Assembly (NCBI RefSeq): GCF_947568905.1
Contig: NC_079165.1
Coordinates: forward strand, 61,194,001-61,258,000
DNA from: Ostrea edulis
Taxonomy: Eukaryota
Direction of reading: 5' to 3'
DNA length: 64,000 bases
Shown here: positions 45,901 through 57,900 of the stretch, piece after piece
How positions within the stretch are numbered: position 1 is the stretch's first letter
Layout of the letters: each line of letters begins with the position of its first letter
Notes under the pieces: generated by a model
Seen by the model: the letters and a program-made list of their open reading frames with translations, nothing else
Databases searched by the model: none
What the model was told of the DNA's origin: nothing
Program-made: the position numbers and the translations under genes

Positions 45901-48485
45901 AAATGGAGTTATCCGTAGTCATCTTGGTTTCTAGTTCATCTCTCTTTTTTTGCTCAGGTTTACTCTATAGAGATATACTTTCGGCAGAGGTGGATGGACG
46001 CAAGACTCGCCACTAATATGTCTATTGAAAACATTTCCTTGAACATCAAAGTCCTGGAGAGATTATGGTACCCCGACACAGTCTTCTACAACGGCAGGAA
46101 GTCCCGCCTTCACTACATACCGACGACAAACCGTTTCATAAGGATTAGTCCAAATGGTTCCATGTATCTATCACAAAGGTATATAAACAACATTTCTGAG
46201 TATTCAAAAGTGCAAGTAAAGTTATCAATCCTGAAACTGTAGTTGTTGAAGAATTGCTGTTAATTTTAGAATTGTCAGTTTTAGATAATTGCGCTTGAAT
46301 AAAACAAAATGCAAAAGTAAGTAGTAACGGACTTCCACACAGGTTGACCGTCAGAGCCATTTGTCAAATGGAACTTCAGAACTACCCTCTAGACTACCAA
46401 GTATGTGACCTCCAGATAGGAAGCTGTAAGTCAAATGTCTAAAAGTAAATGAATGAATAAATAGATAAAACTCTCCAACAAAACCTGTCTATTTCAACAA
46501 TAATTACTGTGAATAATATACTACTACTAAGTTCTCGATTTTGACACCTTGGTTACAGTTGCTTATTCAACGGAGGATGTGACGTATGTCTGGCGTTATG
46601 GTCCATCGAATTCAGTGCAGTTGTCGACAGACATGAGCATGTCTCAGTTCGACCTCATCAATTACTCGGCCACGTCTTCTAATATATCCAGAAAAGATGG
46701 TACATGCAACTTTTTTTATTTGCGCTTCTCGTGTTTTCCCGCTTTTTGATTTTAATTAGTCTTATAAATAACCTAATCTTACGTGTTGTAACTGCAAATA
46801 CAGCTGTGCGTCCTTTTCTTTGAAATTTCTAAAAATATACCGTAATCATAAAATTATTTTCTTTGGTTTATATAATATCTAATGTGATTTTATTAACCTA
46901 CATTAATGACCTGCCTTTGAACTGTTTAATGTCTTTTTATACCTAACAGTGGTGTATTCTTGTCTGACGGTTCGCTTTGGTCTCCGAAGACACGCCGGAT
47001 ATTTCCTCATCCACATCGTCATTCCATGTTCATTATTGGTTGTACTGTCCTGGGTCTCGTTTTGGATTAACAGAGAGGCCACGGCAGATAGAATTGCTCT
47101 TGGTAATCTCCAATTTTGAAATTAGATTACAATATTGACAAATTGCTAAGTGAAAAAAGTGTCTTTAAATCAAACACAATGATGTTTCAAGTGTTAAAAT
47201 AACGGATTATTTTGGGTTAGAGAAAACAATTTGATGCATGTATTCATATTTCATTTTACAAATATCTTTATCTCGTTTTAGAAGCAGTTTGCGGATATTT
47301 TTATTGCATGAATGAGTTAATTAAAACAACCTATTTTGTAGATGTGTATTCAAACGGAGTATGATGTTCATGTTTATTTTCTTCCCTTACACAGACGGTC
47401 AATCATGGGATAAATAATACAAATGTAGTGAACGCACAATGTAAATGTAGACTTATAGACATATAAGGTCCAGTCAGAGGAATGTAACTTGTTAATTAGA
47501 CATTGCCATGCACTGTAAAATGAATTATATGAATTATACTGTAGTGAATTATACACGTATTAACGAAATCGTTTTGCAGGTATTATATCATATTGTTGTA
47601 CTGTAATGTATATCTGACAATTTTACCATGTGAGTAAACTGTATTACCATTCAACACAGTATTTAGTACAAAGGATACATATTTTCAGTTCTTTAAACAC
47701 ACCTTGAAGTTTCTTCTTTGAACACAAGAAACAGAGCAACTTTTCGTAATTGGCTCTTTTTTATACTAAATTCTATCTTTAGAATATGAAACGTCATCAG
47801 ATTGAACTTGTTTCTTTAAGTGATCTTACATAATTTTACATAGGCACAACCACAGTGTTAACCATGACCTTCCTTGCCCTTGACACCAGAGATGAACTGC
47901 CGCGTGTTTCCTATGCCACTGCCCTCGACCTTTATGTCGCAATGTGCTTTATCTTCGTATTGTCTACTCTTGTCCAATTTGCCATTGTTCACCTTTTCAC
48001 CAAGAGGGGTCATAATGATACTTATCCCCAGGTCAAGATGGCGACCTTGGACGACGATGAAAAAGCACCTGTATGTATAAGTTGTCGTGATGTTGGTAAT
48101 CAGTCTCTTAAGTGCAAGTCCCAAATGTTTACAATATCTAACAGATACTCAAATGATGAAAAGTAGTTTTCTTTCATCTTTTATTTTTTTTACTTTACAG
48201 TCCTCTAGGAAACTTCAACCCAGAACCACCAGACGGATAGCATGCATCGAGCAGAATATTCACAAGAACAGGGTATTTGTGTCAAAAGTGGAAAGTCGTA
48301 TGAAGGTCTGGTTCTCTAGCTTAAAGTTCAAAGATGACCCTTTTCAAGAACAAGGTCACGAGATCCAGACTAACAGCGTGAGCCAAATTGACAAGGTGTG
48401 CCGATTCATATTCCCTATCACATTTGTAATTCTCAACATTGCATACTGGTCATTCTTTTTGACCAGAAATGGGTTTAAAATATAA
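39950..48485 (+). CDS. GABA-A receptor-like Cys-loop ligand-gated ion channel subunit (GRD/CG8916-like), 9 coding exons, ~455 aa
   Basis: Exons 39950-39990 (signal peptide MNNMKLICLFLVVR; start uncertain), 42199-42347, 42977-43044, 45958-46178, 46343-46425, 46559-46699, 46950-47102, 47844-48070, 48201-48485 (TAA). Motifs YDRKLRPG, RSMGPISEKDM, YFRQRWMD, LWYPDTVFYN, Cys loop CQMELQNYPLDYQVC, M1-M2 WINREATADRIALGTTTVLTMTFL, LPRVSYATALD, M4 IDKVCRFIFP. Confidence 0.93.
40381..40687 (+). mobile_element. Full-length tRNA-headed SINE
   Basis: A box GTAGCTCAGTGATAGAGC, B box GAGTTCGAGCC, central domain shared with 63838-64000, and a GGGACGTAAAAC-(CCAA)n tail. Confidence 0.85.
40803..40918. mobile_element. 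~116-bp Tc1/pogo-type MITE between two ~75-bp direct repeats
   Basis: TA flanks; imperfect TIR TGTAAATTCCTAAATATACGCG / CGCGTAAATTAAGGAATTTCCA. Confidence 0.6.
41085..41466 (-). mobile_element. Degenerate Helentron-like element
   Basis: Minus strand reads TGAGCTTTATTGACC...TGTCTG...CTTTTCACATC, like the 5' part of the 20479 family, and ends CCTTTGTTTT. Confidence 0.5.
42526..42797 (+). mobile_element. SINE-like retroposon lacking a tRNA head (copy 2)
   Basis: Same 5' start (GTGGGGATCC) and body as 24962-25220; (TCAA)n tail. Confidence 0.8.
43684..44013 (+). mobile_element. Kolobok-like non-autonomous element with an internal tRNA-like segment (copy 1)
   Basis: TTAA at 43680-43683; homologous to 61293-61609 on the opposite strand; tRNA-like core at 43761-43830 (GGTAGCTCAGTTGG...GGGTTCGATTCC). 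Confidence 0.6.
44044..44977. mobile_element. 934-bp Tc1/mariner (pogo-like) MITE
   Basis: TA|CAGGTGACTCTCGAT ... ATCGAGAGTCACCTG|TA; subterminal TTCGAGAGATCGA repeats at both ends. Confidence 0.9.
45010..45674 (+). mobile_element. Penelope-like retroelement 3' fragment with a decayed RT C-terminus
   Basis: Frameshifted ELEIKDTTES..SASYLDILL..KLT.QLY.KR.DFSFSIV..LSPAYGVYISQLIRYARTCS; 3' tail ends TTATCTTCGCCTTTCA. Confidence 0.85.
45737..45921 (-). mobile_element. Inverted partial copy of the same Penelope-like 3' tail
   Basis: Reverse complement of about 45475-45674, separated from it by a 62-nt spacer. Confidence 0.85.
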
Positions 48486-49884
48486 GAATTTTAAGATTAT
48501 ATTTGTGAATCCTGTAGTATCGGGAATACATGTATATATTTAGAATATTTGGATTCACGCAGATGTTTATCATAAAAAATATACAAAATTAATTTTCTTG
48601 GTTTTATTATATTGTTACATATTCGATACATGGTGCAATAAAAGAGTAAACTATATTCTCTGTTTTAACATAATATCAATAAATGTAAACAACTTTATGC
48701 AATAAACAACTGCATGTTATGTTTTCAACAACAATTTAACAACAAACATATTTTTGGAAATAGTATATGAATATTTCGCATTTTAAAATATATAACATTT
48801 GAATATGTGTACTTTGACATTCCTCGTTTTGACATGTATGACGTATGATTTAATGAAGATTTGTAAATTATAATGAAAAACGTCTCAGAAATGTAATCGT
48901 ATGACGCAAACAAATAACGTGACAGACAAATATGAGGTTAATATAACTAATAAAAATGATCTGTTCTCGCAGTTGTACTTGGAACAGCATGGATGATATG
49001 TGGAAGACATTAAAGCTCTCCTGATTCTCCTGCCCTTTGTGTCCTTGTATTTAGATATGTGTTGAACCCTGTGGTAACAATACATATTGTAAGGAATATT
49101 CATAAACAACTTTGAAAAGCCTTTCGAGAAATCGTACGCATGCTCTTATAAATTCTTCATATTTTTCCATAAACATTAACTAATAAATTCCGTGAATGAA
49201 TTTTTCACAATTTTCTAGAATTGAAATTAAGGATAAACATGCTCTCACTATTTAATGATATTTGAAGATTTAGGCTTTGTAAAACACTAATTACAGAATA
49301 AGTCATGGAATAAAAACTATGGAGAATGAAAGTGAAAATGAAAGTGATGTATCAATTTATGAAGACGATGACCAATTCCAAATTAACATAAAAAAGAAAG
49401 AAACATACACCATACACAATAAATAAAAAACTGAAGAGGTCTGAGAATGTAGATATATGAAAAACGATGCTTTTAGCATTATTGAATCGTAAAGGATTGC
49501 GCAAAATTTTAACAGAGTCCAATAATTATTTTCATTTTTTAAAATTCATGTGCATCCATAACAAATATGATATTATTTGACCAGAGCCTGATGGAACCAC
49601 AATATCTTACACATGCATAAGTTACATGGTTCCAGGAACATCTCTCACCAAATTAAAACTGACCAATATAAGTAATATATACTATGTATACTAATAAAAA
49701 AGATACCCCAGATATAAAGAAACTAAACGATGTACAATGTACATGTACGACCACCATGGAAGATAAAATTGTACTCGGTAAGAAACGACTAGATAAATAC
49801 CAAAAGCATGAAAGAAACTGATCGAAAGGAACATGTCATGCTTTTGAATAAAAACAAAGGGCGCAGGTGACCGTAGCATAATAC

Positions 49885-52800
49885 CTATACTGATTTATAA
49901 TCCGTCATTAAATAGTCGTTGACTTTAGGTTCGACCTCCTCTGTGATGGTACACATTCTACCTTCGGATGACTATGTCAAAACGGACGTGGAAAATACAC
50001 ATATACACGTAAACATACTGTACAAGTTTTTTTATTATCAAGAACTGACTTACAATTTGTATTCTGTAATAACAGACGTAAACACTGAGCAAACAAAAAT
50101 CATCGAATTAGCTGTTATACACATTGATCCTTACCGCATCATCTGCGTTCTCTCCCTCGCCTTCTATTGTAGCTGCTATTACAGCGTCGTGAACAGAAAG
50201 ATAGATTTGTGAATCATATTTCTCTACGAATCCAGTGGCTTCCAGAACCCTCCATACTTCATCTTAAAGAAACAATGTCGAATTTTAAAATAAGACATGC
50301 AAAATTTGGAATTTAGAACATTCACATTAAATTACTTAAACTGCATACCTCGTACAGCTGCCAAAAATACGACCGTACCGACTGTCCTGTACTCTTCAAT
50401 AACCTGAAATCAGAGATGGAGGATAAAGCTAGTTGCATACAGCCAAATGTGATGATGTTCATTCTAAATTAAGGTACAGAGACTATTCAACAAACCTGTT
50501 TAAGAATTTTGCTTCCCACGGAGTCGATAAAGCACATGCTAGAACAGTCAATGATCACGTGATGAACATATGCCAAGTTGCAACTGCTGGGCTTAATGCT
50601 TCCGTTTCGTGACCTAACTCCGTTTCCGTTGCTATGGAGATCTGCTGTACTGTTACGTTGGCTTATTTCCCCAGAACCATTGCTTATAGACAGAGATACG
50701 CTTCCGTGATCACCTATGCTATGTGTTGGAGTCAGAGGTGGTTTGGGGTCAACATGGCTGTAGGAACCACAAACCAAGGTCATTTGGCTCTGAAAGTGTG
50801 AAAAATGCCATTAAAAGGGTGTATACATAGGGATAAATTCGCGATGGACATTATTTCCCTCGTCCTTACCACTCTGCGGAATTCCAGTATGGAACCCAGG
50901 CGTTTGATTTGCTTTCGTGCTCTCTCCGGTTTCAGTCCTACAATCTGGAAAACCTGTTTCACGAACATGTCACCATTCGCATAATATAAAGGCGAGTTAA
51001 AACCAATCACCCTTATGCCAAGTTGTGCTTGAGTCTGCAAAATATCAAATTCAAGTTACATGTAACCCTTTGCTATGATAATATAATGTACATTCTGTAC
51101 TATTCATTTTCGTATTTCATCCTATTTACCTTTAGGTACTTCTTGTCATCAGCAAACATTTCAACATCGGGTATCTTCTGTAAAGACACTGCTTTGGCAC
51201 TAAAGAAAACATATCAAAATGTCAACGATCACCGCGGTTTTTCATATGAAATTTACAACTGTGTGCTGCATGGGGACAATCGGAACATCACTCGGCCTTT
51301 TCCGCCAACCTCGGATGTAAACCTCAGAATACAACGATTTTCATGATGAAAATGTGAATCGCATCTTTGCGTATTACCGACTTATGTGGCAAGACAAGAA
51401 TCTCTGTTCGTCTTTTACATAATAAATACATCAATGTGGTCTGTTTCATATCAATGCATACAGTTTTAATGGAATGAAACGGTTTATTCGAGAAATACCT
51501 GCTACTCATGCTATTATACATGTATGTAAACAAAAGATTGAGACTTTAAAGCTGAAGAAGAACGATGTGGAACTGATATCTTAGAGGCGATTGTTATATT
51601 AATATGAAGACATAAAAGGTCCAGTAACCTATTCTTTGATTTTTTTTAACGGCAAGTTAGGTATCCGTAACTCGGTATATATTTCCCTGCAGACGGCCAC
51701 ATAACGTGTAAAATTGCGGGCGGCGCCATTTTTCTGGTCATGTGGCCCGAAACATTCACAAATATGGTGACGTATTACAATCAAGGTTTTCCGACTTGAC
51801 GGAAAAGGTCGAGCGATGTTCCGATTGGCATAAGGAAGGTCTTATGAACATACCATTGGGTTCTGACAACTACAGTGAGGAAGGAGAAGATCAGGCCAAC
51901 CCAGAGTCCCAGGTCCACATACAAAATGACGACAGCCAGGAATGTCACCACCCAGATCACCTAGGATTATGATATCAATTGAAATTATTATAACGATTTC
52001 CGTTTTATGTGGCGGCTTTAAAAATGTAGTAATTTGAGCTTCATCGTAAGGAGTATGATATAGAAGGCAATGACGATTCATATTGACAAACTATTATTGC
52101 ATGAAGCACCTGTTTACTTCACTTTTATCTGCGAGGGTTTAGAAAAAGCTGGTATTGATTGAAATACTGAATGATATTGAATACATCTGTATTGGAGACA
52201 CGGCGGCCGCATCTTTGTCGCGTGTACGAAAGGTAATACACAATAGGATATAATTACAGCAACAGGTGTTGAAGTAAGACTTTAATTAAAAAATCAATTC
52301 TTAGATTATTATTCATTCGCGTCAATTGAACAGTTTGCTATTCATCTATTATTCATTCGCGTCAATTGAACAGTTTGCTATTCGTATGGAAAGGAAAAAT
52401 ATTCATGTTATCACGGGAAAACAAGACTACCTCAAAACATTTATTTACGTGTATATCCGTCATGTAGTACACGTGATGATACTCACACAATCGTATCTGG
52501 AGACTTTCCACAAATTCTTCAACTCCAGAACTTGAAGAAACATACTTCTTAAGGCCACCATAATGATAGAGGAGAGAACGCACTGAAATATTGCAAAGTT
52601 CATAAAACGTATTGCGTTAGTGACAGTGGTGTCATAATTGTATGTGTATGATATGGGGTATAAAAAACATGTACTTACATTGGGGAGTGATTCAAACAGT
52701 GGTCCAATTAGAATTATCACAACCAGAACTAACGAGGCAGAAAACACACTCGTAACCTGCAAAGATACAATAATCAAAAGTAATATTAAAAGAGCATGAG

Positions 52801-54996
52801 ATTCATAATCTACCAACATATACTGTATATGAACCTCATATAAAGCCAAAGATTCTTTAACCAATACCTGTGTTCTTCCGCCGGCAGAATCTTGCACGGA
52901 TGATCTAGATACAGAAGCTGCAAACGGATAACAAGAAAAGAAAGACCCGAAAATGTTCCCAGCACCATATGCAATAAGCTCCTGGTTCGAATCCATGGTA
53001 TAATTGTGTTTCTTTGCCATCAGGGCCGCCAGTGAAACTGATTGAGCAAAGGCAACAACAGCGATGATAATGGCATCACTAACGTGTTCAAAAGCACTCT
53101 TCAGATTCGGAATTTGTGGTTCAGGCAACCTATAGATATCCAAATATTGTAATTATTTACAAGATAATTTCAATTTGTCGAACATAGAATTTAACATTCA
53201 GAATTGCTAAGCTTACCCTGCTGGAACCTTTCCCACAATTTTGATGTTGTACTCTGTGTGGAAGTTAAAAAAATACGACAAAAGTGTCCCTCCTACAACC
53301 TGCAGAAAATTAATTTTAAAAATCATATGACATATTGTATGTTTTGAGCACATTTTTGCACAGCAAAATCAAAATAAAATGAATTTGATCAACTTTGGAA
53401 CTAGGTATAGTGCCATATTCAATGAAAAGTTTCTCGAAATATAAAAATGTTGCACTATCGATACGCGGAGTATTCGAACAATGAGGAAATCGAGGAAGAT
53501 TGTACTCACCACCAAAAGTTCTATAGGAACTGGGACTTTGAGTTTGTGCTTAAATCGTTGATTGATCTGAACTTTGACTATATACAATATCACCATGCAA
53601 ATAGCTGAAATGATAACTGTGACGTAATTGGTATTGGGCAGGTTCTCGATAATTGCCTTGTATGTCTGAAAGAGAAATACTAACACATAAATCACTGGGT
53701 TTCTGCGTTGTATTTTTGCAAAGACTGATCTGTTCATTGGAATTTATTCCACTTACGTAGATTATTTGGAAGAGATTGGGGAATCTAGGGATTTTCAATC
53801 CGAACACGTATTTGACCTGACTAGTAAAGACATGGACCGCTGCTCCGGTAGTGAAACCACTGACTAGAGGATCCGACATGTAAGTGGTAACAAATCCCAG
53901 TCTACAGGCGCCGAATATAACCTACCAAGTACAACAGTTCTCGTAACAATATTGCTGTGGTCGAGCAAAATTTCATGATAATGACGAAAATAGATACATG
54001 TAATAAGGCAAAAGAACCTGAACAACTCCAACTAGAAAACACATGGAGGAGGCCAGGGCTAATTTCTGCATGACGAAATCGTCGTCTGCCGAGGCGATTG
54101 TCGGGAGCATCGTCGTCAGGCTGAGAGTGTCATTGCCCCCCATCGTGTCGTTGATGTACGTGTTGTTTGCAGATAGACCCGTCGGTAGAACAGAGTTTGA
54201 CTTTTGTGGTGAAATATTGGATACAACGGAACCAGTCATCAGACTTACAACGGCTACCGTTCCTAAAATGTACCAACAATGAGTTTAACAGCAACTAAGA
54301 GTGCCCAATTGTGTGATGTATCTTTTATTTACTTATTAATGCTTAATATTTCTATATATTTTCAATATTTTGTTTTCATTTTAAATGCCATGTAATCTAC
54401 ATATTATTTATTGAATATGTATATTTTTATGTGTAATATAACTGTTATGCAAACTAATTTCAAAATGGTTACAAACCCATTGATATATGACGAGATGTTC
54501 CAAAGAAGAAATAAATTAAAACTGGGAAGAAGGCCATATACAATCCAACAACTGGGGGCATATCTGCCAACATGGCATACGCCATTCCTACAGAAGAAGA
54601 ATCGTCATCAAACAGTTTTACATAATGATAGAACTTAACATGTTTAGAACAAAATAAAATAACTCTTAACATACCTTGAGGAAGTTGCATAATACCGACG
54701 GTAAATCCAGCGATGACGTCATTTGGTAAGTCTGTTTTAATCTTGTACTTTCTATAAATCCTCAGGAAAGGCAAGACTTTCTCCACACATTTCCTCTTAT
54801 TGGAACAGTTAGTCAAATTTCTGGCCGTCTTTTTGCATTTTTCAGAAAACGTAAGTTCTGGGTCCTCTTTACGATACTCTTTCCGGAACTCTGAGGTGTG
54901 ATACAGTTTGGGTTTCTCGCCATCTACGTGCTTTTTATTCGGATTGGTTAACTGATCAGACGGGATGTCCCCAATATCCACTCTAAACGTACTCAT
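49885..54996 (-). CDS. SLC26/SulP family anion transporter (prestin/pendrin-like) with STAS domain, 16 coding exons, ~807 aa
   Basis: Exons (minus): 54996-54675, 54587-54477, 54262-54018, 53921-53757, 53665-53510, 53299-53217, 53129-52868, 52756-52679, 52582-52487, 51960-51854, 51199-51130, 51034-50870, 50789-50496, 50403-50349, 50262-50135, 49971-49885 (TAG; last exon less certain). Motifs DVIAGFTVGIMQLPQGMAYAMLA, GLYMAFFPVLIYFFFGTSRHISMG, YMSDPLVSGFTTGAAVHV, PVPIELLVV, DSNQELIAYG, SVSRSSVQ, FNSPLYYAN, STAS IIDCSSMCFIDSVG, YLSVHDAV. Confidence 0.95.
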
Positions 54997-57900
54997 TTGG
55001 CTTATGATTTACAGACAGTCACTACGATGAAGAATAGGCTATGGTCAATCTAAAAGACGAAGAATTGCAGTGAGTGATAATCAATCAGAATGGCTAGATA
55101 TGCACCATCATTCTCGATCAAGGACCTCGTCTGTTGAAACAAATTGATTTAATGAATTATCCTTTCTTGTAACCTTTCTAAATTGTAAACAGAGACAATT
55201 TCTTGATGAGTGTTTTGATTTCTTGCTTTTATATGTTTTCCTAATTATGAAAGGAGTGTAATTATGACGGCAATGAAGAGTTTTATTTCAGAAGTAACTG
55301 CAAAAAATGAATCTTTAGAAAAATGCCCTGTCAACTGATAGCTGTGGTTTGTTTATGTTTACAAATGTTACGTAGTGTTTACACTAGATGGTATATTGCG
55401 TTTTACGCAATTTCAAAAGCAAACAGTAATTGGAGAGCTTTATTTGTGGTATAATGGTATTGCTCGATGTTTGTGCACACCAACTAGCATACAATATAAA
55501 CAAACCCGTTCAGCTTCACTGAGTTTCGTCCTCTGTGTGTGTGTTTTGGATGCACCTGAACAAGGACTTGCAGTGTGTGCATGATTTTTAAAACAAATTG
55601 TTGTATCATTTTCAAACATAAAAATATCATATTCGTTTTTATTCCAGTTTGGAAAAAAGGTAGTGAAATTAACGTTCTGCAATAATCTTTTCGCATCTTT
55701 CTGCTTTAACACAATTAGGTTTAAAAAAAAAACTAATTAGAAAAATACTTTACATTTGGTGAATTAAATGGTCAATATAAAAGTTTTTATTCTGCTTAAT
55801 ATGAAGGACAAGGTCAATACAAAATTATGTCAGCTTTGGACTTCGCTACGTTAGGGGGATGTCATGTGTTTGAGAAACACTGCTATGTAGAATAGTGAAC
55901 GATTTTGCGAAGATAAGAAATATTATCAAATGTGAGAATGTATCTTATCACATTGTTTCCACACTGAGTATAATACTTCAGGATTTTCAGTTATTGCTGT
56001 CATACTTACTCCATATTGTATACGTAATGATATTGCTGCAAGATTTCCAACTGTCACAATTCATGTTCATTCGTTTACTTGTCACGAAAATAATTGTTTG
56101 TTTTGGGAGGGATTTTTTTTTTTTTTTTTTTTTTGGTTGTTTGTATTTTTTTTGATACAGTAGATGAATGCACAGCACTTTAAATTGTACATGAATAAGT
56201 GGGACAGTGAAGACAAGAAACAGTACTCGATTAGTATCACACAAATATTATGTAATCTGACTCTCCCAGAAACATCAATATACATAGGTATAAGCAATTC
56301 TACCTGTTAGAAAAAAAGTGGGCTATAACTTTTGCAATCGTCCTTCATGTCGAAGCCCATAATGATATTAATTAGTGTTGGCACTTTCATACTAAAAAAT
56401 TCCCCATTAACTTAATTAGCTGCATTCAAATTTACTAATTCGAAAGCATAAAATTATTTGAGTTCAGTCTTCTATGTCGTCTTTTGCATGATATTAAACA
56501 TTCTTCAAACGCCAAAAGCCATAAAGAAATGGAAAGTACAAGTTCAACGAAAATACGAAACTAATGGTTTTGTGGTTTTGGTTTCTCTTTTTATCAAGAA
56601 GTCAAAATGTCAACTTGCTTACGACAGCGAATAGGCTGTATTAACGTATGCCTGATGCACAGAATGCATCAAAGGTGCACACTAGTAAAATTCAATTAGA
56701 ATATAATATTGAATTCCTTTGCACTTCTTTCAAAAATTCTTTCTCATCAAAGAGTAAATATTTTACATTTCAAATTTTCCTGGTTATTTATGGTATGCAT
56801 TCGTTGGATTAAAAACAAAATAATTACCTGGAAGAAGTGGTATGTTCAATGAATACAGAAGAGAATAAACAAAAGATATCATACATGATATTTTAAGGAA
56901 ATGAACCTCTAATGGTTATGACGTCAGTAGCTTGCACCTTAATAGTGACCTGCCAACATTGAATCATTACAACCCCTTTCATTACTTCTTTGACATCCAT
57001 AAATAGAAACAACAAATCTACTGGCCGCATTACGACAAGTTTCCCCCCTTTCATGTGTGTAAGTGATAGACGCACATTTTGTTAAATGTCATTATATTAA
57101 CATAACAGATTTTAAATATATTCAATCTGATGATTTTTAATCGGAATGCACAAAATTCTTTGAATGATGAAACTTGCATGAAATTAAACTGAGAAAATTA
57201 CTTAATCCTGCTAATTGTTTTATTACCAGTAATATTATTTGCATGAATATTATCGTCAGATTGTTACATAGCAATATGTATAGTTTTGTTTTGCATACAT
57301 ATTGCAATCAGCCATATTAGAATTATATCGATGTATTGCATACATATTGCAATCAGCCATATTTGAATAATATCGATTTATGAAATTGACACAACAACAC
57401 TCGGCTCTAATAAAACACGCAGTGTACCATCTCATTAAAAAAAAAGAGAGAGACAAAAAGAGAAGACTTTCAGATAAAGTTTAGTCACAATTATGCATGA
57501 AATGATTACTGAGGTTTCTTTAGAAAGTTGACATTTGACTTACTTTTTCCGTTTGTGCTTATGGATGTAAAACCTTACAACACCTGCCTCCATCCTCATT
57601 TGTGTGACCACGGCATGTTTTTCTGTTTCATATAATCATTTTATCCGTATTTTCTCCATGCAGTCAAAAATACTACCCACATCAACTGACAGTCCGACAA
57701 ATTGAATTTCACACGAAATGTATATTTTCAAACAGAGAATAAAAAAATCTATATTTCACAAGCTGTTGACCTGTAGCGATACTTTGTGTCAGCCCTTCTC
57801 CTCCCCAGTAACACTGTAACAGTGACACAACACCAGCGTACCTTATCAACAAGAAACGTTTAAATTTTCAAACTTTCCAAAATATTTCTTAAAGATTGAT

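Noticed and set aside
49885-49900. C-terminal PDZ-binding motif in the SLC26 protein
   Set aside because: The predicted end YKSV lacks S/T or a hydrophobic residue at -2, and the last exon is itself uncertain.
52307-52383. 36-bp direct duplication; similar ones at 9193-9285 and 57291-57380
   Set aside because: Simple local slippage duplications in introns or intergenic DNA with no further structure.
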